From: Hyphomicrobiales bacterium
GTDB taxonomy: Bacteria; Pseudomonadota; Alphaproteobacteria; Rhizobiales; JAJFHR01
DNA: 64,000 bases
Assembly: GCA_021775475.1 (NCBI GenBank)
Contig: JAJFHS010000006.1
Span: 21,530-85,529, forward strand
Reading direction: 5' to 3'
Numbering within the stretch: position 1 is the stretch's first letter; each line of letters begins with the position of its first letter. Below the pieces are notes generated by a model that had not been told where the DNA came from, ran no database searches, and was given only the letters and a program-made list of their open reading frames with translations. Below are positions 1 to 9,477 of this stretch, in pieces. Made by a program: the position numbers and the translations under genes.

Positions 1-30
1 CTTCACCGCCTGGGGGAATGTTGCCAAACC

Positions 31-555
31 CTAGTTTGGACGGGCAATCTGACGCCTGAGGGCAGGCCAGTTCTCAATCGCCTTGCGGATAGATTCCTGT
101 TGTTTTTCCAGCCACTTCTTTTTTCCCTTGAGGGAAAAAAATAAATAAAGCTTGTTGTTTGCGATCACCCATATTCTGGGATTGCCGCGCGGCGCTTTTC
201 CCTGCGACACCGCATAAGCGCCATAGCCTGAAAATTGTGGCGCATAAACGCCAGCATATTTGCGAAACTCTTCAAAGTTTCCCTTATTGGAAAATCGCCA
301 GGTGGTTTTTGCCATCTGCACTTCATAGGCATCTTTTCCCAACACCGGTCCGGCAGGAGACCAGTAACTGACCACATCATAACCGCCTATGGCAAATCCT
401 GTTGTCGGATCCGCCCAATATTTTTCTTGCCATTTGAATTCTTGCGAATAACTTGAGGAACCTGCCGTAAATACCGCCCAGGCAAAAATGCCCACGTAAA
501 CCAGCCATCTCATCTTCCCGGAAGATGGAGTTTTAGTGAGAAAAAATCTTGTCAT
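31..555 (-). CDS. YHS-domain-containing (seleno)protein family, secreted
   Basis: Motifs AIGGYDVVSYW, TWRFSNKGN, YAPQFSGYGAYAVS, NPRIWVIANNKLYLF after a hydrophobic N-terminus. Start uncertain (576/555/513). Confidence 0.75.
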   Translation of the reverse strand: MTRFFLTKTPSSGKMRWLVYVGIFAWAVFTAGSSSYSQEFKWQEKYWADPTTGFAIGGYDVVSYWSPAGPVLGKDAYEVQMAKTTWRFSNKGNFEEFRKYAGVYAPQFSGYGAYAVSQGKAPRGNPRIWVIANNKLYLFFSLKGKKKWLEKQQESIRKAIENWPALRRQIARPN

Positions 556-872
556 TATCTGGTTTTCATCAAGCAAAGTAACGAAACATTAAGGCTGCCT
601 GCCGATTGTTAACTGAATTGGTAAATATTCAGGAAATGGCAATTGGCTTTGCCAAATTCAAAAAGAGATATTTGCCTGCCATTAAATCGGCACAAAACTG
701 TCTATTGCTATGGGATGTAAGAATTGATTGATTTGATCGAATTTTCGCCTCACCCAGGCCTGTCTGTCCGCAAAAACACTGTTACAACCGGGGCCTGCGA
801 AAAATCGTCATTTGGAAAGTCAATACCTGCCTTCTTTAGTATTATGGAATTCAAATTATTGAGGACCTTCTC

Positions 873-1478
873 ATGCGGCTAAAACTCTTAAAGAAAATCT
901 CATTGTACGCAACATTCTTTCTGGCTCTGATTATAACGGCCTCAAACCCGACAGCTGGCTGGGCAACCAGCCCGAACCACGGCGGCACCAGCGCCGATAG
1001 TTTTTCACAGGAAGAACTAATTACTGCCGGACACAAGTTTTTCGGCCAGGCCAGCGGTGGCATTGCCTTGGCAATAGAATCTGTTTTTTCCAAACTTGGT
1101 CGCCCCAACGCCTACATCATTGGCGAAGAAGGCAGCGGTGCCATTATTGCCGGTCTGAGATATGGTGAAGGAACACTGCATATAAAAAATGGTGACGCCA
1201 GTAAAGTCTATTGGCAGGGCCCCTCAATCGGATTTGACCTTGGCGGCAATGCCTCGCGCACCATGGCGCTGGTTTACAATCTCAATCAGAAAAACCTTCT
1301 TTACCGCTCTTACGCAGGTGTCGAGGGCAGCGCCTATCTCATCGGCGGCTTTAGCGTTAATTTCCAGGAGCGCGATAAAATAATTATTGCTCCAATCAGA
1401 GCCGGCGTTGGCGCCAGACTTGGCCTTAATTTCGGCTACCTCAAATACACCCACAAACCAACCTGGAATCCATTTTGA
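873..1478 (+). CDS. eipA: DUF1134 / EipA envelope integrity protein
   Basis: Signal peptide; GRPNAYIIGEEGSGA, GLRYGEG, YWQGPSIGFDLG and RAGVGARLGLNFGYLKYT-WNPF are typical DUF1134 motifs. Confidence 0.85.
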   Translation: MRLKLLKKISLYATFFLALIITASNPTAGWATSPNHGGTSADSFSQEELITAGHKFFGQASGGIALAIESVFSKLGRPNAYIIGEEGSGAIIAGLRYGEGTLHIKNGDASKVYWQGPSIGFDLGGNASRTMALVYNLNQKNLLYRSYAGVEGSAYLIGGFSVNFQERDKIIIAPIRAGVGARLGLNFGYLKYTHKPTWNPF

Positions 1479-1591
1479 TGGCCCTCGCGAACAGGCAAAA
1501 AATCCGGGCTGGTGAAAATATTGTGATAGAGCTAAACTTGGTCATCCGTGATAAAAACATGTGCGTATTTAAAGTTGAGAGATAAGCTCGG

Positions 1592-2569
1592 ATGACAATA
1601 ATTATATTATCTGGAGTTTTGGGGTTCTTGCTGGCGAGCCTGATTGCTCTGTTTCTGGCACCGCCCTTATGGCGAAAAGCTGTTAAAGTAACCACCCGGA
1701 AGCTGCTTCAGCAATCCCCCAGAATGATGTCGGATGGTCAGGCCGATCGTGATCAGATGCGAGCTGAATTTGCGATAACCACGGCCAGGATGGAAGCAAA
1801 AATAGAGCAGCTCAAAGAAACCTCTGACACCCAGCTGATTGAACTTTCCACGACAGAAAAAAAAAGGGACCGGTTGCTGGAAAAAATAAAAAACCTGGAG
1901 ACAATCGCAGAAGACCGCGAAGAATTAGTCGAAAGTCTAAATAGGAAAATACAGTCTTTAGAGGCTAAAGCCGATAAGAAAAACCGTTCACCTTCCGCCC
2001 GGACAGAACAAGCGAGCACGCTTAAAGCTCAGACTACTGCTTTAGAAGCACAAGCTTATGAACTGGACCTGCACAAACAGAAAATCGCTCAATTGTCGAA
2101 GAAGCTGGAAACCCGCACTAAAACAGCCGCTGATTTAAAACAGGAAGTTGGCATGGGCAAAGGGAGAATCACCAAGCTCATTAGAAAAATTGACGCAAAA
2201 GACCAACAAATTGTGCAATTGACCCGTGAAATTGCAACTCTGAAACCTCCTGAAACCAGCCCATCTGATGAGGCTGATCGAGAAGAAAATGATAATAAGA
2301 TATCCTTGGTTATGACGTCTGCAAAACAGCCACACACAGTAGCAAAGCCTTTGGCATCAATAAAAATAAACGCCAACGCCAGCCGATCCTCGCCCAAAGG
2401 CCTTGAGCCAAAAACCAAATCCACACCCTGTGTTGAAACCGGCATGAGCCAACCGAGACACTCCAAACGACCTTCAGAGGAAAAAACAAAGCCCGTCAAA
2501 ACACCGGAATCATTGTCGCTGGCTCAACGAATTCGAGCCCTTCAGGCAGAAAATCCAAAATCGGTTTAA
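1592..2569 (+). CDS. Membrane-anchored coiled-coil protein, conserved hypothetical
   Basis: N-terminal TM helix, then WRKAVKVTTRKL...QADRDQMRAEFAITTARME, a long heptad-rich region and a low-complexity tail. Confidence 0.7.
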   Translation: MTIIILSGVLGFLLASLIALFLAPPLWRKAVKVTTRKLLQQSPRMMSDGQADRDQMRAEFAITTARMEAKIEQLKETSDTQLIELSTTEKKRDRLLEKIKNLETIAEDREELVESLNRKIQSLEAKADKKNRSPSARTEQASTLKAQTTALEAQAYELDLHKQKIAQLSKKLETRTKTAADLKQEVGMGKGRITKLIRKIDAKDQQIVQLTREIATLKPPETSPSDEADREENDNKISLVMTSAKQPHTVAKPLASIKINANASRSSPKGLEPKTKSTPCVETGMSQPRHSKRPSEEKTKPVKTPESLSLAQRIRALQAENPKSV

Positions 2570-2638
2570 TTTGATCGAGAGAAGAACTTTTTGATTTTTT
2601 GCCTGAAAATTCATTGAACTACTCAGGATTTACCGAAA

Positions 2639-3880
2639 TTGGAAAAATTGCACTTCCCCACCAAGCAGGAGATTGATCAAAATCCGTTAGGCTGGCTCTG
2701 CGCTTTCTGGGTGCTTACAAGTGCCATTGCCGCGACCCTGGTTCCGCGGGCCACCGTCATCTTCCTCATCCTTGCGGGAATAACTATCCTCGCCCACTCA
2801 ATTCGCAAAAAAAGCCCTCCCCTGTTTCCACCACGCTTTTTTGTTGCCGTACTTGCTGGTATTCTAATTCTGGCGGCTTTGAGCTTTTTGTGGTCTGTCG
2901 CCCCGGACGAAACCCTGCGGCGGTTGCCACGCACGAGTTCATTGTTTGTGTTAGGTCTGTTAGTCCTTGCAGCCACGCAGCACACAACTCCCAAAATAGC
3001 GACGTGGGCCATGACGCTGACCACATTGGCTTTAGTCATAGCATTCACGTTTATCGCGATTGAAAACTATTCCAATTTCGCCATTTACCGCACCTTCATC
3101 GCTCCCCTTAAGCAGCCCACTATAAAGGCCTTTAAAACCGCCACTTACGTTAATCAGCCGGCATTGCTTTTTGCTCTCTTCTTATGGCCGGTCGCGCTCA
3201 CCTTGTGGGTGAAGGGATTTCGCATGCCATCGGTTTTGTTCATTACCCTTGCACTCATTCTTTTTATTCCCTCCAATTCCCAGAGCGTTGGCCTCGCACT
3301 CATTTTTGGCTCTCTTGCTTGTATCCTGACCGCCCTGTTTCCGCGCGCGATGAAGCTCTGGCTTTCCCTCACCATTATCAGCCTGATGATTACCATACCG
3401 ATGATCCCGCAATTTCTGCAATCGGTTTTTAAAGGATATGAAGACTGGATCCCTCTTTCCGGCCTGCACCGGCTGGAAATCTGGGATTTTGTCGTTGGCA
3501 AAATTTCCGAAAAACCCCTGATGGGATATGGGCTGGAAGCCTCGCGCATATTGGGCAGGAATGAGATCAGCATCGTAATTCCCGGTGCCACTCTTTTTTC
3601 TTTGCACCCGCACAATGGTTTTTTACAGATGTGGCTGGAACTGGGACTTGGCGGCTATGTGATTTTAGGTCTTCTATGCCTGTGGCTCGTACACAGGACC
3701 AGCCAGCTGGAGGGAGCCAACAAGGCATTTGCAACGGGGTTTCTGGTCTGCGGCCTGTCCCTTTTCTCAACCGCTTACGGCATGTGGCAAAGCTGGCTGA
3801 TCGCCGCTGAATTTTCCGCCGCAGGAGCCCTGCTCCTGTCTCTCAAGCTGAACCAAACGCCACAGCATGATGAGTGCTAG
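2639..3880 (+). CDS. O-antigen ligase (Wzy_C/WaaL-like) family membrane protein
   Basis: Multi-TM protein with RLEIW...KPLMGYG...HPHNGFLQMWLELG motif. Confidence 0.85.
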   Translation: MEKLHFPTKQEIDQNPLGWLCAFWVLTSAIAATLVPRATVIFLILAGITILAHSIRKKSPPLFPPRFFVAVLAGILILAALSFLWSVAPDETLRRLPRTSSLFVLGLLVLAATQHTTPKIATWAMTLTTLALVIAFTFIAIENYSNFAIYRTFIAPLKQPTIKAFKTATYVNQPALLFALFLWPVALTLWVKGFRMPSVLFITLALILFIPSNSQSVGLALIFGSLACILTALFPRAMKLWLSLTIISLMITIPMIPQFLQSVFKGYEDWIPLSGLHRLEIWDFVVGKISEKPLMGYGLEASRILGRNEISIVIPGATLFSLHPHNGFLQMWLELGLGGYVILGLLCLWLVHRTSQLEGANKAFATGFLVCGLSLFSTAYGMWQSWLIAAEFSAAGALLLSLKLNQTPQHDEC

Positions 3881-3969
3881 TGCATATTTCACTCCGAATG
3901 GAAGTGTAAACGTTTTTGGCAGGATTAGTAATGCATTCATAAGCGCTTTTCCTTGATGCAACCGCCTGA

Positions 3970-3998
3970 TTGACAGGACGCCTGCAATACCCTATCAA
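3970..3998 (+). promoter_or_regulatory. Candidate sigma70 promoter of the LIV-type ABC operon
   Basis: TTGACA-N17-TATCAA about 120 nt upstream of the substrate-binding protein start. Confidence 0.55.
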
Positions 3999-4119
3999 CA
4001 TTGAGCAAATCAAAAACGTCACCTGTGGGCTTGCGATTAAATGTATAAATACAGATAGATAAAAAGCATTTTCGATCTCCGGCCCACATCTTATCACGGT
4101 CAACCCAGGGAGGGAATTC

Positions 4120-5361
4120 ATGACCAGAAATGTGAAAAAAATACCATTTGCAGTACTTAGCCTGAGCGCGCTGGCTTTAGCGCTGGCAGCACCTGCCAAT
4201 GCCAAAGTTGAAGGCGACACCATTACACTAGGTTCAGCCATCTCCTTTACCGGAAAATATTCCACCAATGGCATTCACGCCAAAAACGGCTACGATCTGG
4301 CCGTCAAGCAGATAAATGCAGCTGGCGGTGTTAAAGTCGGCGGCAAAAGCTATAAAATCAAAGTGGTTTATTATGATGATGAATCAACGCCTGCCCGTAC
4401 CGGTCAGTTGCTTGAGCGCCTGATCAATCAGGATGGCATCAAATACATCCTCGGCCCCTACAGCTCCGCCACGACAAAAGCTGCCGCACCGATCATTGAA
4501 AAATATAAAATTCCAATGGTTGAAGCTGAAGGTGCCTCGCGCTCCTTGTTCACAAAAGGCTACAAATATCTCTTTGCCGTGCTCTCCACATCCGAGCAGT
4601 ATCTGGCCAGCACCCTGGAGCTTGCCGGCGAGATTGCTGTTAAGAATGGTAAAAAAGCCTCCGATGTAAAAATCGCCATGGCTTTTGAAGGTGATCCTTT
4701 TTCACAGGATGTTCGTGCCGGTGTTGTTGAAGATGCTAAAAAACGCGGTATGAAAATCGTTATTGATGACAAACTGCCACGCGACCTCAACGATATGGCC
4801 GCAACCTTGACCAAGACAAAAGCGTTAAGGCCGGACCTGCTGCTGGTTTCGGGTCACTCCAAAGGTGCCGTTACCGCTGCACGCCAGATTGCAGAAATGA
4901 AAATCAACGTACCGATGATTGCCATGACCCATTGTGAGTCCGGTAAAATAGTTACCAAATTCGGTGCATCAGCTGATGATATTCTGTGCCCGACTCAATG
5001 GGCTGAAACCCTGAGCTACAAGGGTGACACGTTTGGCACTGCTGCTGATTTCGACAAGTTGTTTAAGGCAACCTATGAAGGATACAAAAACGTTCCTTAC
5101 CAGTCTGCTCAAGCTGCAGCTGCGGTAATTGTCTGGAAAACAGCGTTTGAAAAAGCGCAATCTTTTGACACGGAAAAAGTGCGTGATGCAATTTCAGCCG
5201 TTGAAATTTCTACTTTTTACGGAAACATAAAGTTTTCCGAAGCTGGCAACAACATTGCAAAACCAATGGTATTGCGCCAGATTCAAAAAGGTAAATACAA
5301 CGTGGTTGCTCCAGCCAAATGGGCGTCCAGTTCCGTCAACTGGCCACGTACAGCTAAATAA
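4120..5361 (+). CDS. Branched-chain amino acid (LIV/HAAT) ABC transporter substrate-binding protein
   Basis: Signal peptide; GYDLAVKQINAAGG, YYDDESTP, ILGPYSS type-1 PBP motifs; first gene of the operon; GGAGGG RBS. Confidence 0.9.
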   Translation: MTRNVKKIPFAVLSLSALALALAAPANAKVEGDTITLGSAISFTGKYSTNGIHAKNGYDLAVKQINAAGGVKVGGKSYKIKVVYYDDESTPARTGQLLERLINQDGIKYILGPYSSATTKAAAPIIEKYKIPMVEAEGASRSLFTKGYKYLFAVLSTSEQYLASTLELAGEIAVKNGKKASDVKIAMAFEGDPFSQDVRAGVVEDAKKRGMKIVIDDKLPRDLNDMAATLTKTKALRPDLLLVSGHSKGAVTAARQIAEMKINVPMIAMTHCESGKIVTKFGASADDILCPTQWAETLSYKGDTFGTAADFDKLFKATYEGYKNVPYQSAQAAAAVIVWKTAFEKAQSFDTEKVRDAISAVEISTFYGNIKFSEAGNNIAKPMVLRQIQKGKYNVVAPAKWASSSVNWPRTAK

Positions 5362-5378
5362 AATGTAACAAATCAAAC

Positions 5379-5407
5379 CCGCCTCCGGTATAATTTTCCG
5401 GGGGCGG
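5379..5407 (+). terminator. Intercistronic stem-loop after the SBP gene
   Basis: ccgcctccgg...ccggggggcgg hairpin between SBP and permease; no strong U-tract, so it may stabilise mRNA rather than terminate. Confidence 0.45.
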
Positions 5408-5461
5408 TCTATTTCCATTAACAGTAATACAGTGGAAACTCGCAGCAGCGGGGAGGCAGCT

Positions 5462-6364
5462 ATGTGGGACAATATAATGGTGTTGGTCGCAGCACCTGTA
5501 TTTAATATACAACTCTTACTCGACGGCATTTTTATCGGCGCGATTTTTGCACTCGCCGCCTACGGTCTTGCTCTGGTTTGGGGCGTGATGAACGTTAAAA
5601 ACCTTGCCCAGGGCGAGTTGGTTATCATGGGGGGATATTTTGCCTACGTTGCCACCCTGTATGGCATTCATCCCTTATGGGCCCTCATCCCGGCATTTTT
5701 TATCATGTTTGGCTTTGGCTGGGTGGTCTATAAACTCATTATTTCCAAAGTCATCGAGCGCGATCTGTTCACTTCGCTGCTGGCCACATTCGGCCTCGCC
5801 CTGGTTATTCAGCAGGGATTAAATCTGGCCTTTGGACCTGAGGTTCAAACAGCCAATTCCGGTATGGCCATCCGCAGTATTTTCGACGGTCTGGTCACAG
5901 TCGCAGATATACGCATCCTGTCGCTGATAATTTGCGCTATTCTTGCTGGTGCCGTCGTGTTGTTTATGAAGAAAAGCCGCATGGGTCAGGCTATCCGGGC
6001 AACATCGCAAGACGCCCGCGCCGCCCGCGTCATGGGCATTAATACCGAAAGAGTCTATGCCTTCACCTTTGCCCTCAATGCCGCCATTTGCGGGGCAGCG
6101 GGCGTCCTTATTTCAATGATATGGGTCATTCAGCCTTTCTACGGTGTCCCCCATTCAATTCGCGCTTTTGTCGTCGTCACTGCGGCCGGGTTGGGAAATC
6201 TTCCCGGCGTCATCATTGCCGCTCTCGGCCTCGGCGTTGCCGAACAATACAGCGGCTTCATTCTCGGTGCTGAATTCCAGCAGGCGACCGTGGTCATTCT
6301 GCTGATACTGGTGCTGATGTGGCGGCAATTCCAGATGAGTAAAACCAGGCAGGTGGTGCAATGA
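5462..6364 (+). CDS. livH: LIV-type ABC permease (LivH-like)
   Basis: GLALVWGVMNVKNLAQGE, RMGQAIRATSQDARAARVMGIN; ATG at 5462 follows GGGGAGG. Confidence 0.9.
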   Translation: MWDNIMVLVAAPVFNIQLLLDGIFIGAIFALAAYGLALVWGVMNVKNLAQGELVIMGGYFAYVATLYGIHPLWALIPAFFIMFGFGWVVYKLIISKVIERDLFTSLLATFGLALVIQQGLNLAFGPEVQTANSGMAIRSIFDGLVTVADIRILSLIICAILAGAVVLFMKKSRMGQAIRATSQDARAARVMGINTERVYAFTFALNAAICGAAGVLISMIWVIQPFYGVPHSIRAFVVVTAAGLGNLPGVIIAALGLGVAEQYSGFILGAEFQQATVVILLILVLMWRQFQMSKTRQVVQ

Positions 6365-7413
6365 ACAAAGAAAATTACGTAATTGCAGCTGTGGTAATCT
6401 TCGGAGTCGCTGCTCCCTTCCTGTTTCCGAACTATATGGTTCAGATATCACTGTTGTGGATCATGATCCTGTTTGCGCTGACCTGGGATACTCTTGGCGG
6501 GCAAATGGGCTATAATTCTCTCGGTAACATCACGTTCTTCGGTGTTGGTATGTACATCAGCGCCATTGTCCAGGTTGGCATGGTTTACGATGTGGCGCTC
6601 TACGCTTCACCTGATGGCGCTGCTTTGACAGGTAATTTTGCCCCCACCCAGTATTTCACCGGACTGGGCCTGGGAATACTTGCCGCCGCTGTTGGCAATG
6701 TCATCCTTGCCATCCTGTTAAGCCAGATATTCTTCGGCCTGCGCGGTCCTTATTTCGCCATCGGAACATTGGGACTGGCACTTGCCGCCGGTGAACTTCT
6801 CGGTGCCTGGGATTATGTTGGCGGCAGTGGTGGTATTGCGCTTCCCGTCTTTCCGTTTGACCCGACAACGCAGAAATTTTTCTTCTATTTCCTCTGCCTT
6901 GCTGCGGCATTTTTAACCTTTGCGTTTCTCAGGTGGCTTTACAAAACCCGCTTTGGTCTTGCCATCAACGCCATTCGCGATGACGAGGAAAAAGCTGATG
7001 CCATGGGCATCCATACCAAACGCCACAAAACGGTGGCCTGGTGCACCTCGGCCTTTTTCTTAGGCATTTCAGGCGCGCTGTTCGGCAACATGACCGGCTT
7101 TATCGAGCCGTTGGAAGTTGCCTTCCCGACCGTAACATTTGGTATTTTCATGGTCGCCATGGCGTTGCTTGGCGGCAAGGGAACACTGTGGGGCCCGGTT
7201 CTCGGTGCCTTCGTCTTCCATACAGTCAAGGAATTGACATGGACCTACCTTCTGGGCTGGCAGTGGATTGCCCTTGGTGCTCTGATTATCCTCAATACGG
7301 TTTATTTCCAGCAGGGAATTCTGGGGTGGGCGCGTGAAAAATGGCCGGAAACTTTTGGCATCACGGTAGATAAAGATATGTCGAGCGGTTCTGAGGAAAG
7401 GGGGACTTCATGA
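6361..7413 (+). CDS. livM: LIV-type ABC permease (LivM-like)
   Basis: LRGPYFAIGTLG, FGLAINAIRDDEEKADAMGI, LLGGKGTLWGPVLGA; ATGA overlap with livH. Confidence 0.9.
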   Translation: MNKENYVIAAVVIFGVAAPFLFPNYMVQISLLWIMILFALTWDTLGGQMGYNSLGNITFFGVGMYISAIVQVGMVYDVALYASPDGAALTGNFAPTQYFTGLGLGILAAAVGNVILAILLSQIFFGLRGPYFAIGTLGLALAAGELLGAWDYVGGSGGIALPVFPFDPTTQKFFFYFLCLAAAFLTFAFLRWLYKTRFGLAINAIRDDEEKADAMGIHTKRHKTVAWCTSAFFLGISGALFGNMTGFIEPLEVAFPTVTFGIFMVAMALLGGKGTLWGPVLGAFVFHTVKELTWTYLLGWQWIALGALIILNTVYFQQGILGWAREKWPETFGITVDKDMSSGSEERGTS

Positions 7414-8156
7414 CGACACCAACCATAGAAGTAACCAACGTTTCTAAATCCTTTGGCGGAGTTGCAGCCAACAAACTGGTGTCGATGTCAGTGGAGCCGG
7501 GGAAGATTACCGGTCTTATTGGCCCCAATGGTTCGGGCAAAACTACCTTGTTCAACTCTATTGTCGGCTACCACCCGATTGACGAAGGTTCAATCAAGTT
7601 TGAAGGCCAGGAAATTTCAAAACTGCGGGTTCAGCAAATTGCCCGACTGGGCATGTTGCGCACCTTCCAGCAAACCCGGATTTACGGTAAAATGGATTGC
7701 GTACAAAACATGTTGATCTCTGTGCCCCATCGCACCGCAACCTTTTCCGACATGTTTACAAAATATCCTGCAGAACTCACCGAAAAGGCTGAACATCTGC
7801 TTGAGTTTGTCGGTCTTTATCAAAAACGCAAACTTATCTCCGGCGATTTGTCTTTCGGCCAGCAAAAGTTACTCGAGTTTGCCATGGCCCTGATGAATGA
7901 GCCTAAGGTTCTGTTGCTCGATGAGCCTACCGCTGGCATTAATCCAACCCTGATCAACGGCCTGATTGACCGCCTCAAGCGCGCCAATGAAGAATTCGGC
8001 ATCACCTTGTTTGTCATTGAGCACAATATGCGGGTAATTATGAACCTGGCCGAGAAGATTTACTGTCTCGCCCATGGTGAAATGCTGGCGGAGGGAACGC
8101 CTGATGAAATAAAAGATGACCAACGCGTCATTGACGCATACCTGGGGGCTCATTGA
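7410..8156 (+). CDS. livG: LIV-type ABC ATP-binding protein (LivG-like)
   Basis: Walker A GPNGSGKTT, LSFGQQKLLEFA, LLLDEPTAG, IEHNM, AYLG C-terminus. Confidence 0.92.
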   Translation: MTTPTIEVTNVSKSFGGVAANKLVSMSVEPGKITGLIGPNGSGKTTLFNSIVGYHPIDEGSIKFEGQEISKLRVQQIARLGMLRTFQQTRIYGKMDCVQNMLISVPHRTATFSDMFTKYPAELTEKAEHLLEFVGLYQKRKLISGDLSFGQQKLLEFAMALMNEPKVLLLDEPTAGINPTLINGLIDRLKRANEEFGITLFVIEHNMRVIMNLAEKIYCLAHGEMLAEGTPDEIKDDQRVIDAYLGAH

Positions 8157-9061
8157 TGACAAAGAAGCCTGAAGACAGATCACCCAACGAAAAAGCCAGC
8201 AAGGAAGATGCTGCAACCGGATATCACCTCGGCTCGGTTGATACACTCATTTCTGTTGAAGACGTGGTGCGCGAAGTTGAAAAAATGAGTTCCGATGTCT
8301 CCAAGGATGACGTTGCAGCCCTGGCCCATAACGACCCCTTTTTGCGTATCGATAATCTAAAAGCCGGTTATGGCAAAATGGAAATCCTGCATGATTTCAA
8401 TCTGCAGGTCGGTCGCGGCCAGTCCTTGTGTTTGATCGGCCCTAATGGTGCTGGAAAATCAACAATCCTGCATTCAATTTACGGCTTTACCAATATTTTC
8501 TCCGGCGATATCACAATCGACAATGAAGGTAATAAACAAAACATCACCTCCTTGAGCCCGAATGAAAAACTGAAAAAAGCCGGTATTGCCTATATTCTTC
8601 AGGATAAATCAGTTTTTCCCGGTATGACCGTTGAAGAAAATCTCTGGATGGGTGGATTTTTGATGGACAAACCCGATGATGCCAAGGAAGCGGCTGAAAA
8701 GGTGTTGGCCAAATATAACCGTCTGGCTGCCCGGCGCAACAATCCCGCCGGAATTCTGTCGGGCGGCGAACGGCGACTGCTGGAAATTTCACGCGCCCTT
8801 ATTATGGAGCCTGATATATTGCTGGTGGATGAACCCTCAATCGGTCTCGAGCCGCGCTTTATCGACATGGTGTTTGAAATTCTCGATGACCTGCAAAACG
8901 CTGAAGGCAAGACCATCATCATGGTCGAACAAAACGCCAAAAAAGGCCTCGAGTTCGCTGATGTTGGCTACGTTCTGGTTTCAGGTGAATTGGCCATGGT
9001 CGGTTCTGGCGAAGAACTGTTGCAGGACCCTGAGGTCGGCAGACTGTTCCTCGGCGGTTGA
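8153..9061 (+). CDS. livF: LIV-type ABC ATP-binding protein (LivF-like) with N-terminal extension
   Basis: GPNGAGKST, LSGGERRLLEI, LVDEPSIGL, MVEQN, FLGG C-terminus. Confidence 0.92.
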   Translation: MMTKKPEDRSPNEKASKEDAATGYHLGSVDTLISVEDVVREVEKMSSDVSKDDVAALAHNDPFLRIDNLKAGYGKMEILHDFNLQVGRGQSLCLIGPNGAGKSTILHSIYGFTNIFSGDITIDNEGNKQNITSLSPNEKLKKAGIAYILQDKSVFPGMTVEENLWMGGFLMDKPDDAKEAAEKVLAKYNRLAARRNNPAGILSGGERRLLEISRALIMEPDILLVDEPSIGLEPRFIDMVFEILDDLQNAEGKTIIMVEQNAKKGLEFADVGYVLVSGELAMVGSGEELLQDPEVGRLFLGG

Positions 9062-9078
9062 TATTGACCAAATATCGG

Positions 9079-9459
9079 TTATTTCTCCTGCAGCCGGATA
9101 CGGCCGACAATTGCACCGCTGCGCACGTCAATAATGACAACCTCATCACCGCCGGATTTGCTGTTGATGATGACGGTCAGTTTCCTGCCGTCGAGCTTCG
9201 CGTCTGCGATTTTTGCACCCTGTGATACCTCAAGATCGACAATCCCAAAGCCTCGTGCGGAAGAGGATTTTATCCCCCCTCCATCTCCGGACTTGACGGC
9301 GCGATAGATAATAGTGGAAATAATGACCACCAGAATGACCACAATGAGCGTACTCATAATGATGATTGCCCATTTGAGGATCGGAGAAACTTTCGCAATC
9401 GGTATTTCCGGGCCTGTATTAAGGCTGCTTCCACTGTCCTGATCTTTAATATCTACCAC
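9079..9459 (-). CDS. Small single-TM hypothetical protein divergent from rluD
   Basis: One strong TM helix (LKWAIIIMSTLIVVILVVIISTIIYR) and a beta-rich C-terminus; fills the gap between livF and rluD. Confidence 0.7.
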   Translation of the reverse strand: MVDIKDQDSGSSLNTGPEIPIAKVSPILKWAIIIMSTLIVVILVVIISTIIYRAVKSGDGGGIKSSSARGFGIVDLEVSQGAKIADAKLDGRKLTVIINSKSGGDEVVIIDVRSGAIVGRIRLQEK

Positions 9460-9477
9460 TTTTACCCCTGAAAAAAC

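Noticed and set aside
577-872. CtrA box upstream of eipA
   Set aside because: gttaactgaattggtaa does not give the N7 spacing; only a half-site.
4042-4053. TGTAT-AA-ATACA near-palindrome upstream of the LIV operon
   Set aside because: Could be an operator, but it is short, in AT-rich DNA, and no regulator gene is nearby.
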